Shown here piece by piece: positions 1-9,944 of a stretch of 64,000 bases of DNA. The stretch covers positions 6,494 to 70,493 of the forward strand of contig JAAZZB010000001.1 in assembly GCA_014239365.1 (NCBI GenBank). The letters run 5' to 3'. Position numbers and translations under genes: made by a program. The notes under the pieces are model-generated. The model was not told where the DNA came from. It saw only the letters and a program-made list of their open reading frames with translations, and searched no databases. The first letter of the stretch is position 1. Every line of letters begins with the position of its first letter. This stretch comes from Verrucomicrobiia bacterium (GTDB taxonomy: Bacteria > Verrucomicrobiota > Verrucomicrobiia > Limisphaerales > UBA1100).

Positions 1-607
<607 letters not shown>

Positions 608-685
608 TTTAGTTTCTCAAACGGGGCGTAGAAAGTGAAAACACGTCCAAAACAGGTGGTTTTTTGCAAAAGTAGCCACAAAAAG

Positions 686-760
<75 letters not shown>

Positions 761-1080
761 CACCTGTTAGAGCGGGGAAATATAGGGATGCGGGCGCGAA
801 TGTCACGGGAAATCTGTCGGTGAACAGATTGTGGAAGATTCGTCGGTTGACAAAACGGCCAACCTCAGGCAGATTGTCGGGACACCAATTTCTTTGATCC
901 GGGCGACAGAACGTTTCTTCAGAGGGGTTCTCCACCCCCACCTCCTTGGCGTCTGTTGCCCGGATCACTTTTTTCGCCCCGACGCATTTCGAAGGTAAGT
1001 CAAAATAATCCCAAAATTTTTTACTGAAACGATTGACGGCGTGCGCGGCTTGCATTAGCTTGCCGCCCGCAGAATTTTGC

Positions 1081-1157
1081 GGGGGTGTAGCTCAATTGGT
1101 TAGAGCGCTGGCCTGTCACGCCAGAGGTCGCGAGTTCGAGTCTCGTCACTCCCGCCA
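1081..1157 (+). tRNA. tRNA-Asp (anticodon GUC)
   Basis: Sequence is GGGGGTGTAGCTCAATTGGTTAGAGCGCTGGCCTGTCACGCCAGAGGTCGCGAGTTCGAGTCTCGTCACTCCCGCCA. It has an acceptor stem GGGGGTG/CACTCCC, an anticodon arm CTGGC-CTGTCAC-GCCAG, a GTTCGAGTC T-loop and an encoded CCA. Confidence 0.95.
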
Positions 1158-1212
1158 TTTTTTTAAGTTCGCATCCATCCCGTTTCGCAATCTGCGACCA
1201 CTTCAACAAAAA

Positions 1213-1418
1213 CCCACGATGATTCCCAAAGGGAATCAACAACAATAGCCCCGGGTGAAACCCGGGGAAAAAGCATCGAAGGAAAACAACCTCAAAGGGG
1301 TTGAACTTTGGCAGCCCCGATGAATTTGGGAATTCAACCCCTCCGGGGTTGGTATGAATTTTCACCTCCAACCCCGGGTTTCACCCGAGGCTATTGTTGT
1401 TCATCCCTTCGGGATGTG
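1213..1418 (+). repeat. 206-bp foldback (MITE-like) repeat, copy 1
   Basis: About 90% identical to 2629-2835 in the same orientation. The ~45-bp termini are inverted: cccacgatgattccc..caacaacaatagccccgggtgaaacccgggg versus ccccgggtttcacccgaggctattgttgttcatcccttcgggatgtg. Internal mini-hairpins include gattccc-aaa-gggaatc, ccccgggt-gaa-acccgggg and catccc-ttcg-gggatg. Confidence 0.85.
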
Positions 1419-1470
1419 TTGTTAGTTCGTCGCAACCGATTTCGGCACAAAGCCGAGAACGCGAGCATCA

Positions 1471-1815
1471 CTACTGCGCGGGCACCACCGAAGCTACTCC
1501 GGTTTCCGAGTTGTAATTCCATTTCATTCCGTTGGGCACGGCGGGCAATTCGGCGAGGAGGCCTTCGGTGATGAGCTGCTGCAAACTGTCGGCGGGTTTG
1601 GAGCTGGTGGCTTTATATTGGTTGAGGGCGCTGTTCACCTGCATGAGGCCGGCATTGATGATGGCCCTGTTGCGGCCTTTGTTCACCGCGCCCAAATAAT
1701 CCACCGGCGCCGTCGCGGGATTGCCCGAGGAATTTTCATTGAGATCCGGCTCCGGCTGATCGCCGCACGCGCTGGTCAACAATCCAAGCGCGATAACATA
1801 AAAGATAGTTTTCAT
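1471..1815 (-). CDS. Small secreted lipoprotein, function unknown
   Basis: ATG at 1815 gives MKTIFYVIALGLLTSAC|GDQ, a signal peptide plus lipobox. The ORF is clean and 114 aa long. I recognise no family motif. Confidence 0.6.
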   Translation of the reverse strand: MKTIFYVIALGLLTSACGDQPEPDLNENSSGNPATAPVDYLGAVNKGRNRAIINAGLMQVNSALNQYKATSSKPADSLQQLITEGLLAELPAVPNGMKWNYNSETGVASVVPAQ

Positions 1816-1915
1816 CTGCCCCAACCCTACGCCTCACGGCGTTTGGGTAAAGGTTGTTCTCTGGATCTTGAAATTATGTGTTGTAATTCAAGTTGGCTTG
1901 GCTTAAATTATCTCT

Positions 1916-2149
1916 GTGCCGGAAGTCTTTCGCGAGCGTGGTTGGGTGGCTTGTTTTTACAGCAATGAAGGTGGAGAGCCGCCGCACGTTCACATCCGTA
2001 AGGGCGGGGGTGAGGCGAAATTTTGGGTCCACCCCGTGCGGTTGGATTCGTCCGATGGATTGAAGGTGAAAGAATTAGCCGTGGCCGAACGGTTGGTTGA
2101 GAAACACGAGGCCAAAATTTTGGAGAAATGGAATGAGCACAGTCAGTGA
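1916..2149 (+). CDS. DUF4160-family small protein
   Basis: GTG start. The sequence MPEVFRERGWVACFYSNEGGEPPHVHIRKGGGEAKFWV matches the DUF4160 signature (F..y.n.h.PPH.H... .aKf.i). It overlaps the next gene by 17 nt. Confidence 0.7.
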   Translation: MPEVFRERGWVACFYSNEGGEPPHVHIRKGGGEAKFWVHPVRLDSSDGLKVKELAVAERLVEKHEAKILEKWNEHSQ

Positions 2150-2522
2150 CACCCCGCGCGCCCGCAGCGCCAAACATAAAACCGGCAGCATCCAAGTGGA
2201 ATTCGAGGATGGCCGTTCGGTGGTTTTCCCCATCACTGCCAGCCCGCGATTGGCCAAGGGCAAGCCGCGCCAGCTCAATCATATTGAGATCAGCCCACAT
2301 GGATTACATTGGCCGGATTTGGATGAAGACCTTTCGCTGCGCGGCATTCTTGCCGGGCGCTACGGCCCCGGCCACGGCGGGAGCCGCGCCGGTGCGGGTC
2401 GCAAATCCAACGGCCACGTGCGGATGCAACTCTCTGTCAAACCTGCCACCCGCAAACGCCTCCAGTCGCTCGCTAAAAAAAATGGCACCACCATTTCCGC
2501 CGTGGTGGATGCGCTGGTGTAA
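2133..2522 (+). CDS. DUF2442-like protein with C-terminal ribbon-helix-helix-like tail
   Basis: ATG at 2133. The core IQVEFEDGRSVVFPI..SPRLAKGKPRQLNHIEISPHGLHWPDLDEDLSLRGIL is the DUF2442 pattern. The C-terminus VRMQLSVKPATRKRLQSLAKKNGTTISAVVDALV looks like a CopG/Arc-type strand-helix-helix. Confidence 0.65.
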   Translation: MSTVSDTPRARSAKHKTGSIQVEFEDGRSVVFPITASPRLAKGKPRQLNHIEISPHGLHWPDLDEDLSLRGILAGRYGPGHGGSRAGAGRKSNGHVRMQLSVKPATRKRLQSLAKKNGTTISAVVDALV

Positions 2523-2628
2523 TGTGCGTTCTATTAAGTGTGGGATTTCAAGAATTCACGATTCCGGCGAGGCACCGGAATCCGCACGCGAGGGCGCGTA
2601 TGCTCCCCAAAACTAATCGGCCTATCGG

Positions 2629-2835
2629 CCCACGATGATTCCCGCAGGGAATCAACAATAATAGCCCCGGGTGAAACCCGGGGAAAAAGTATCGAAGGAA
2701 AACAACCCCGGAGGGGTTGAACTTTAGAGGCCCCGGTGAATTTGGAAATTCAACCCCCTCCGGGGTTGGCTCATTTTTCATCCTCTAACCCCGGGTTTCA
2801 CCTGAGGCTATCGTTGTTCATCCCTTCGGGATGTG
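2629..2835 (+). repeat. 206-bp foldback (MITE-like) repeat, copy 2
   Basis: Direct repeat of 1213-1418. ORF-track peptides over both copies (FPGFHPGLLLLIP.GNHRG) are translations of the repeat, not genes. Confidence 0.85.
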
Positions 2836-2845
2836 GGCTGGAATT

Positions 2846-5755
2846 CTATTGCTCCTCTTCATTGCTGCTGCGACCTTCGCGATCTTTGGCGCGTTGGCGG
2901 GCGGCTTGGAGGGCGTCGAGGGTGGAGGCTTGGGGCGGAGCGATGACGGGGGGCTTGGTGGGATCTTCAGTTTCTCCGAGGACAGGTGGGGCGACCACGG
3001 GTGGGCCTTCGCCGGTGCGCTTTTGGATGCGTTTGCGTTTTGGGAATTGGAGGCCTGTTTTTTCCTCGGGGGCGACGGCAGCGCTGGCGGCGCTGGCGAG
3101 GGAGGCGCGCGTGCGTTTTTGGGTGGGCCCGGCGAGGACGCCTTCGTGGGGTGTGGCGGCGCGGAGTTTGGAGCCGAAGAATCCGGTGCGGCGTTGGAAG
3201 ACTTCCAGCAAAAATAAAATCAACGCCGCGAGCACCAGCCAAACGGCGAGCGGCAAATGGCGCGGTTGGCGCGGGAGGGTGCCCCAAATATCCGCCAGCG
3301 CGAGGCGTTCCTGTCCGTTGGAGGCGTGGCTGAGGCCGGCCAATGTGAGGCGGCCGCGGTTGGGGTGGTCCGGTGCGAATTCCGGTGAGTACGGCAGGCA
3401 AACCGGCGCGAGAGTTTGCACCAGATTTTGGCCGAGGTCGATGCTACTCAAAAGCGTTTCGCCGCCTTGCAGGGGGAGGGTGGCTTCGAGCAGGTCGGCG
3501 GTTTTCCAATTGAGATGGCCGGTGGTTTTTTGCGGCGCTTCGCCGGGGAGGCCGCGCAGGGTGGTGAGGCGTGGGCGCTCGGTGATTCGTCCGGCGCGGG
3601 CGGGGTCGAGGTGCAGTTGCACAACACAAACGCCATCGCGCACTTCCTGCGTGAGCAGCATATTGTCGGGCAACTCCGTCGGGCTTCCTGCGGCCCAACG
3701 CGCGAGCGTGGCATAAAAATCTCCGGCGTCATTCCATTCGGCGAAGTCGCCTGCGTACGTGCCATCCGCCTCGCCGGTAAAACACACCACGCGCCCCGCG
3801 CCCACTTGCCACCACGCCACGCCCGGCGCGGTGTAGTCGTCCAGCGTTTGCATTCCAACGCTGGCGCGTTTGCGGGCGTACGTCAGGTTGTATCCACCCA
3901 ACGCTGGCGGGGTCCATTGCCCTTGCGCGCCGAGCGTGCTGAAGTCGGTGAGAATTTTCACGCCGGTGGCTTCTTTGATAAACGTGTTGCGCGCGACGGC
4001 AAAGGTGTCCTGCGCGAAGATGCGCGGAATTTCCGTGGGTCGATCGGTGAAATAAACATTCCCTTCGCCGCGCTTGGCGATGTCTTTGAGCAAATCCGCG
4101 TCAATATCGGAATCCGTGCCAAGGCCGATGACGCTGATGGTGATACCGGCCTTGCGCATTTTGGCGACGAGATTTTTGTAATCACCCGGCTCCTCAGAAT
4201 CCTGTGCATCGGAAAACAAAATCACGTGCTTGTTCGCCGCCTTGGCGCGCTGCAGCATTCGCGCGGCCGCCTCCAGCGCGACGTACACATAAATGCCGCC
4301 GCCGCCGGGTTGGATGCTCAGGATTTTTCGCCGGAAAAATGCCGTCTGATTTCGCTCCGCAGTGTCGAGGCGCAATTCGGTGTTGGGCGCGCTGTCCACG
4401 GCGATGACGCCAAACTCGTCCGTGGGCGAAAGCAAATCCAACACCTGCGCCGCGCCGAGGTTGGCGAGATCCATTTTCGTTTTGCCGCCGCTCACGCTCA
4501 TGCCCATTGAACCGGAACGATCCATCACCACCACGATAGCCGTCTGCAATTTGCGAATTTCATTCCGCCGCTCGAGCGTCACCGGCAGGATCGGTTCGAT
4601 GGGCGATTGATAATAACCACCCGGCGCATACGATTTTTCGCCGCCGGTCATCAACAAACCCGAGCCGGTTTCGCGTACCCAATCGCGCAGCGCCTCCATC
4701 CCCTCGAGCCCGAGGTCGCCGGCCATTACGTTTTCTAAAATCACCGCCGACCAACGCGACAAATCCTCGAGACTCCAATCGCACTGCGCCGGCGTGCGGG
4801 CCACGAGCGTGGCGCCGCCTTTTACGAGCAATCGCGCTAAGCCACTTTGCGCGCCGAAGTTGGAAACCAACAACAACGGCTTGCGCCCGCGCACGCCGAC
4901 CAATGCGCGGGCCGTATTATTTTCCGGGATTGCATCGACCGCTTTGGTGGCGTCGGCATCAGCGACAAGGGCGCGGATATTCAGCGAGTACGCCGCCGTG
5001 CCGGGCAGCGCGGGGCGGTCGCGAAAAAGCAGGCGCGACAAACCCCTCGGCACTTCGCGTTTGCCTGCGGCGATGACCGTATCGTGCCGCCGCAATTCGT
5101 ACGCAATCTCCTGCGCGCGCGGCGAATTCACCCAGCCGGAAATCATAAACGCCTGCCCCGGCAACACCGCGCCCGGCGCCTGCAAACTGCTGATGGCGAG
5201 GTCTTCCCCGCGCGAGCGGCTCATCCAGCGGTGGTCAATCGCAATGCCGCGCCCCGCCGCGCGGGCGGCGGCGGCTGTTGGGTCGCGCCCCGTCCAGTGG
5301 CCGTCGGACAACACCAAAATCCGCCCGCCCTTGCCCGGCGGAATCAACGCCATCGCATTGTCCAACGCATTGGCAAGCCGCGAGTGTTGGCCGTCCACTT
5401 TGCCGGTAAACTCGTCCAAGCAATCCACGCCCGGCGCGAGTTCAATCCCCGCCTCGCGGCCGAAACTCACCACCGCCAGCCGGTCGCCCGAACTCATTTC
5501 GTGGTGCAACTGTTTGATGGCCTCGAGTTGATCTTCCTTCGCGCGCGCGGGCATTGACGCGCTTCGATCGGCCACCACCACCAGCACTCCGTGGCGATCC
5601 GGCAACCGCACCGCCGGCTGCGCCATCGCCAGCACCAACAGCCCGAGCGTGATGCCGCGCACCATATTCAGCCCGCGCCCGGGCAACGGCCACGCCACCA
5701 TCGCCGCGCCCAACGGCACCAGCAACAACAACCAAATGGGCGCGAGCAAAGTCAT
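2846..5755 (-). CDS. Large membrane protein with two VWA domains (BatB-like); last gene of the MoxR operon
   Basis: N-terminal TM MTLLAPIWLLLLVPLGAAMVAW. Two MIDAS DxSxS motifs (VVVADRSASMP and VVVMDRSGSMG). A C-terminal TM LPLAVWLVLAALILFLLEVF is followed by a P/K/E-rich tail. The start lies 1 nt after the stop of the upstream gene. Confidence 0.8.
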   Translation of the reverse strand: MTLLAPIWLLLLVPLGAAMVAWPLPGRGLNMVRGITLGLLVLAMAQPAVRLPDRHGVLVVVADRSASMPARAKEDQLEAIKQLHHEMSSGDRLAVVSFGREAGIELAPGVDCLDEFTGKVDGQHSRLANALDNAMALIPPGKGGRILVLSDGHWTGRDPTAAAARAAGRGIAIDHRWMSRSRGEDLAISSLQAPGAVLPGQAFMISGWVNSPRAQEIAYELRRHDTVIAAGKREVPRGLSRLLFRDRPALPGTAAYSLNIRALVADADATKAVDAIPENNTARALVGVRGRKPLLLVSNFGAQSGLARLLVKGGATLVARTPAQCDWSLEDLSRWSAVILENVMAGDLGLEGMEALRDWVRETGSGLLMTGGEKSYAPGGYYQSPIEPILPVTLERRNEIRKLQTAIVVVMDRSGSMGMSVSGGKTKMDLANLGAAQVLDLLSPTDEFGVIAVDSAPNTELRLDTAERNQTAFFRRKILSIQPGGGGIYVYVALEAAARMLQRAKAANKHVILFSDAQDSEEPGDYKNLVAKMRKAGITISVIGLGTDSDIDADLLKDIAKRGEGNVYFTDRPTEIPRIFAQDTFAVARNTFIKEATGVKILTDFSTLGAQGQWTPPALGGYNLTYARKRASVGMQTLDDYTAPGVAWWQVGAGRVVCFTGEADGTYAGDFAEWNDAGDFYATLARWAAGSPTELPDNMLLTQEVRDGVCVVQLHLDPARAGRITERPRLTTLRGLPGEAPQKTTGHLNWKTADLLEATLPLQGGETLLSSIDLGQNLVQTLAPVCLPYSPEFAPDHPNRGRLTLAGLSHASNGQERLALADIWGTLPRQPRHLPLAVWLVLAALILFLLEVFQRRTGFFGSKLRAATPHEGVLAGPTQKRTRASLASAASAAVAPEEKTGLQFPKRKRIQKRTGEGPPVVAPPVLGETEDPTKPPVIAPPQASTLDALQAARQRAKDREGRSSNEEEQ

Positions 5756-5756
5756 T

Positions 5757-7535
5757 TTAAGTGCGTCCCCGCTGGCGGGCGATCATCCACAAATGCGCCA
5801 GCGCACCCGCGAGCGCCAGCAGAATGAGGTAAGGCAAAACCGATGCGTATTCGAAGCGCACCTCTTCTTCCGTGCCCCACGCGCCCCACTTGCCGGTGGT
5901 AGCGGCGGAGAGATTGGACTCCGCGCCGGCCAAAAAATTGATCGCAAAATTTTCCCGCAGCCGATTCGTTTGCGAGCCGGATGCCACCGTGTAGACGCCC
6001 GGCTGCGCGACGGGCAATTGGATTTCCCCGGCGGGCGCATCGAGTTTTTTTTCTGTTTTATTGGGAAACGTAAGCGTCGCGCTTTTGCCGCGCGGGCGGT
6101 ACGGCACTTCTGCGCCGAGGCGCAAATTGGCCTCCGGCAAACCCGCTTGCGCCCGCGCGCGCCAGCTCAGCAAATTCCAAAACAGCGCGGGCCATTGCGG
6201 GGTGTCCTGCACAGTCGATTGATCGGGCGCGAAATACAGCGTCAACTGCTCGCGCTGGCGGCGGTCCGTGCGGGTGGTGAGCAGCGGTACATTACCGGCA
6301 GTGATGATCGGCAAATGCCCGGGCGTTCGCAACGAATTGGTCGCCGTGGCGTGCGCGCCCCACACGATGCCCGGCAGCGTGAGGCCGCGTGTGAGTGGGT
6401 GGCCGGTGTCCATCACGAATGGGCCGGTGAACCGCTCGGCTTTTTCGGGCATTGGCGCGAAGCGCAAGCCCCACGCCTCGCGTCCGGCGGGCAGTGAATC
6501 GCTTTGGTGGATGACCAATTCCGGCGGTTGATTCGTCGGCGCGCGCAGGCCGGTGGATGCGAGCGTTTCGGTAATGAGCCGCGCGAGGTTGGTGTCGGTG
6601 ACGGACATTTGCACGCGCACTTGCCGACGACGCGGGCGCACAAGCGCGGCGCGGTTGTCGCCCGCCAAGGCGTCGCCGCCCAGCTCCGCGCGCAGCGTGC
6701 CCATCGTGGCGGGCACGGGCAAAGTGACGCGGTGCGTGCGGTTGGTTTCCAAAAGCAATCGCTTTTCATAAACGACCTGTTGGCCGGCGGTCACTCGAAG
6801 TGTGTTGGTGGCGGCGCGGGCGGAGAGGTTGGCGACTTCAAACAAGCAACGATCACCTTCGCCGTGCGGCGTGCGTGCGGCGTTGACGAAAGCGAAGTTG
6901 ACGCGCGGCTGACCCACGGCGTGCCAGCGAATGCGGCCGGGCGGCAAGTCGGTTGCGGCGGGGGCGTGATCCGTGAGCACAAGCACATCGGCTTCGCCAC
7001 CGGCGAGGTTGCGGGCGAGGGCCAGCGCGGCATCGAGGTCGGTCGCGTGGGCGGTGCACGTCCACAGTGGGATTTGGTCTTTGAGTTGATCCGGGTGCGG
7101 CACGGTGTTGCCGAGTAAGCGCGGCCCGGCACCGGCGGCGATGAGTTGGTAGCTGGCAAAATTTCGTTCGGCCAAAATTTCATTTAATAATTTCAGCGCC
7201 TCATCGCGCGGCTGTTGGCCGGTGGGGCCGGCGGTCATTGAGAGGGAATCATCGAGCACCACGATGAGGGGGCGGGTGGTGTGCGGCAATTGCCAGCGCG
7301 GGCCGAGCGCGGCAAAGACGAGTAGCGCGAGGATGAGTAGCTCCAGAAAAAACACGGGCGGAAACTTGGGCGTCTCAAAGCGGCGACCGCCTTCGCGCGA
7401 TTCCTTTTGCATTTGCCACAGCAACAAACTGGACACCGGTTGTTTGCGAAACCGATGCCGCAAAAAATAAATTGCCGCGAGCAACGGCAAACTGATGACC
7501 GCGATCCACGCGAGGGGATAAGTGATGGTCGGCAT
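5757..7535 (-). CDS. BatA-like aerotolerance-N-terminal/VWA-like membrane protein
   Basis: I chose the internal ATG at 7535, which shares its T with the TGA of the upstream DUF58 gene. The N-terminus is MPTITYPLAWIAVISLPLLAAIYFLRHRFRKQPVSSLLLWQ, followed by a second TM and then IVVLDDSLSM (DxSxS). The ORF-track extension to 7859 is R/H-rich shadow sequence. Confidence 0.75.
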   Translation of the reverse strand: MPTITYPLAWIAVISLPLLAAIYFLRHRFRKQPVSSLLLWQMQKESREGGRRFETPKFPPVFFLELLILALLVFAALGPRWQLPHTTRPLIVVLDDSLSMTAGPTGQQPRDEALKLLNEILAERNFASYQLIAAGAGPRLLGNTVPHPDQLKDQIPLWTCTAHATDLDAALALARNLAGGEADVLVLTDHAPAATDLPPGRIRWHAVGQPRVNFAFVNAARTPHGEGDRCLFEVANLSARAATNTLRVTAGQQVVYEKRLLLETNRTHRVTLPVPATMGTLRAELGGDALAGDNRAALVRPRRRQVRVQMSVTDTNLARLITETLASTGLRAPTNQPPELVIHQSDSLPAGREAWGLRFAPMPEKAERFTGPFVMDTGHPLTRGLTLPGIVWGAHATATNSLRTPGHLPIITAGNVPLLTTRTDRRQREQLTLYFAPDQSTVQDTPQWPALFWNLLSWRARAQAGLPEANLRLGAEVPYRPRGKSATLTFPNKTEKKLDAPAGEIQLPVAQPGVYTVASGSQTNRLRENFAINFLAGAESNLSAATTGKWGAWGTEEEVRFEYASVLPYLILLALAGALAHLWMIARQRGRT

Positions 7536-8401
7536 CAGGCGGGCTCCAGTAATTGAATTTCCTCCAGCGCGCTGAGCGACTTGCCGAGGTCTTCGGCGAT
7601 GAGGGTGGTGAGTTGCGCGCCGGTTTGTTTGCAGGCGTTGTGCCAGCTTTGTTGCAGACGGCGGAGGGTGTCGCGATAGGTTTGCTCGATGGTGGCGTCG
7701 ATATAAATGGAAAGCAGCTCGCCGGTCTCGGTGTCCTGCAACTGCACGTTGCCCGGCTCGGGCGGGGTGGCATCGGTACGGGCGAGCAATTGGATGACGT
7801 GCAAACTGGCCGCGCCTTCGGAAAGTTTGCGCAGCGTGGGCAGCGGATCGCCGGGCCACAGCAAATCGCTAATGATGACCCGCATCCCTTGACGGCGCAA
7901 TCGCGGCGGCAGCAATCCGTGCGCTTCCTCAAAGGACCGCGCGCCGCCCATGGGCAGATCGCCCCACGCGCCGGGCGGTTGGGTGTCGTTGCGGACGCGT
8001 TGGAAGCCCTCGCCGGTCATCCACAACGCCTGCGAGCAACGCGCGTTGGCGGCGGCGGTGGCGAGCAGCGCGGCGAGTTGATGCAGCGCGGCGGGCTTGT
8101 CGGTGTCCGGCAAATTCATCGAGGCGGAGGTGTCGAGGATGAGATCGAGATGCGGCTGCACTTCCTCGCGATGCAGTTTGACGATGAGCTGATTGCTGCG
8201 GGCGTACGCGTTCCAGTCGATATGGCGGAGGTCATCGCCCGGTTGGTACTCGCGGTAATCCTGAAAATCCACCGAGCTGCCCGCGCGGCGGCCGAGGCGT
8301 TCACCGCGCGTGCCGCTCATCGGCGCATCCGGCAGGCACAGCGCGTAACGCATCCCCGCCCGCTCGCCATCAATCAAGCTTTGGCGGAATGGGGTTTTCA
8401 T
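7535..8401 (-). CDS. DUF58 domain protein
   Basis: The sequence GERLGRRAGSSVDFQDYREYQPGDDLRHIDWNAYARSNQLIVKLHREE is the DUF58 signature. The start is uncertain: ATG at 8401 overlaps the upstream gene by 32 nt, and the alternative is ATG at 8353. Confidence 0.8.
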   Translation of the reverse strand: MKTPFRQSLIDGERAGMRYALCLPDAPMSGTRGERLGRRAGSSVDFQDYREYQPGDDLRHIDWNAYARSNQLIVKLHREEVQPHLDLILDTSASMNLPDTDKPAALHQLAALLATAAANARCSQALWMTGEGFQRVRNDTQPPGAWGDLPMGGARSFEEAHGLLPPRLRRQGMRVIISDLLWPGDPLPTLRKLSEGAASLHVIQLLARTDATPPEPGNVQLQDTETGELLSIYIDATIEQTYRDTLRRLQQSWHNACKQTGAQLTTLIAEDLGKSLSALEEIQLLEPA

Positions 8402-9944
8402 TTGAATCGACCGGCGGCGTGGCAGCCGGTTCTTCAGCGCGCTCGTAGGGTTTGAAATCGATGACGCGTTGGTAAATCCATTTGGCATTGAACACCAGCG
8501 CTACCGCCGTGAGCCCCACCGCAGTAGCCAGATGGATGAGCACTTCTTCCTGTTTATAAAATGCAATCGGCGAAAAAGAAGTGATCGCGATGCCGGGAAT
8601 AAATGCGTCGCCCATAAAATCCTGCGTGAACAAATAATAAATTATAAACGCCCCGAAATAGGGAATCAAAATAATCACGATCACAAACAGGCGCGGCCAC
8701 AGCGCGCTGCGGTTGGGGATCAACGTGCGATGCACCCACAACGCCATTAGCGAATAGGCAATGTGATACAAGCCAATCACAGTGAAGCCCTGCCAAGCTT
8801 CGTGCCAATCATTCGCGTGCGCGGAACTTCCGGTGAGTGTGGGCCAAACCAAAATGCTGGCCGAGGCGATGAGCAAACCGCTAAAGGCCAGCAGACAACA
8901 CAGGATAATCCCGCTGAGCGCGCCATTGAAAAACAAAAACGCCACCGCGCGGCGCAAAGGATGACGCGGGATTTCGCGTCGCACACGCACGCTCAGATGA
9001 TCCTCCAGCCCGATGGAATAAAAAATTCCAAACACCCCAAGCAGGCCGGAGATGAACAGGAAACTGCCGGCGAAGATTTCCCATTGGTCTTTCGCCAACG
9101 CCCAAATGAATGCCTCCAACCCGACGACCGCCCACATCACCACGCAATACACGCGCAGCGGATATTCGCGATTGGCCGAGCGGGGCGTGATGAATGTGAC
9201 ACACAAAAAAAACAGCAACCCGCCCGCCAGACCGATGTTGAGCAGCACGGTGAAAATCACGGGCAACGCCTCTTCCCAAAACCGTCCGCCGGTGAGTGCT
9301 CCGCCCAACGTGGCAAAGGCGCCCGCCATGAGCACACCGCCGATGGTGTATAAAATAATCGGCAATCCGACGAACAACGCGATGAGGATTTTGAAAATGA
9401 AATGAATCCCCATCGAGGCCAGCATCATCGCCGCCAGTAGTAAGAGACAGTTGATACAATATAAAAATCCAACCGTCAGTAGAATGGTGGGCAGATCAAT
9501 GCCGCGCAGCAAATAGCTGAACACCATAAAGGGCAACGCCGCTGTAAAGAAGATGCCCACCAGTGCCGCGCCACTGAGAAATTTGCCGGCGATGATGCGC
9601 GCCGGGCTCATCGTGGTGATGTAAAGCAAATCCGCGCTGGCGCTGGAGCGCTCGGCCATGCTGCGGATGCCCACGTAAATGGGCAGGAAAAAAAAGGTGA
9701 CCGCCATCATCACGCCCGCGATGGAGCCGAAGAGTTGCGCGCCGAGATAATTACCGCGCCCGGCCATTTCGTCGCCCAGTAAAAACGCCAGCGAAACGAT
9801 GAAGAAAATGGCCATCATCAACAGCACCGCGCCGGCGACCGTCCAGTTGCGTCCGGCTTGGCGGAGGTCTTTTACCAATACCGCGTTGGGCTCGATGCGC
9901 TTGAACCACGCGAAGCGCGATGAAGTGGCGGCGGTCTCGCTCAT
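8370..9944 (-). CDS. ABC-2-type permease-like polytopic membrane protein
   Basis: 524 aa with roughly 12 or more hydrophobic spans. The N-terminus (VKDLRQAGRNWTVAGAVLLMMAIFF..) resembles ABC-2/NosY-like permeases. It has an ATGA overlap with the upstream ABC ATPase gene. Confidence 0.65.
   Translation of the reverse strand: MSETAATSSRFAWFKRIEPNAVLVKDLRQAGRNWTVAGAVLLMMAIFFIVSLAFLLGDEMAGRGNYLGAQLFGSIAGVMMAVTFFFLPIYVGIRSMAERSSASADLLYITTMSPARIIAGKFLSGAALVGIFFTAALPFMVFSYLLRGIDLPTILLTVGFLYCINCLLLLAAMMLASMGIHFIFKILIALFVGLPIILYTIGGVLMAGAFATLGGALTGGRFWEEALPVIFTVLLNIGLAGGLLFFLCVTFITPRSANREYPLRVYCVVMWAVVGLEAFIWALAKDQWEIFAGSFLFISGLLGVFGIFYSIGLEDHLSVRVRREIPRHPLRRAVAFLFFNGALSGIILCCLLAFSGLLIASASILVWPTLTGSSAHANDWHEAWQGFTVIGLYHIAYSLMALWVHRTLIPNRSALWPRLFVIVIILIPYFGAFIIYYLFTQDFMGDAFIPGIAITSFSPIAFYKQEEVLIHLATAVGLTAVALVFNAKWIYQRVIDFKPYERAEEPAATPPVDSNENPIPPKLD

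Noticed and set aside
1471-1815. Small lipoprotein as a type II secretion pseudopilin
   Set aside because: The C-terminal part is vaguely GspG-like. The N-terminus is a lipobox signal (LLTSAC), not a prepilin G|F-T-L-I-E motif.
2736-5531. Long plus-strand ORFs (2736-3716, 3416-4510, 4794-5531, 4847-5557) opposite the 969-aa VWA gene
   Set aside because: These are shadow ORFs typical of high-GC DNA. Their products are R/A/G/P-rich with no motifs. The minus-strand frame carries clear VWA/MIDAS motifs and operon coupling.
7536-7859. N-terminal extensions given by the ORF track (7536-7859, 24347-24556, 25332-25394, 25410-25475, 31636-31725, 35324-35512, 46664-47020, 52446-52667, 58022-58243, 63433-63612)
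   Set aside because: The extensions overlap upstream genes or repeats and are compositionally odd (R/H/P-rich). Internal ATGs give signal peptides, canonical family N-termini and/or ATGA-type coupling with the preceding gene.
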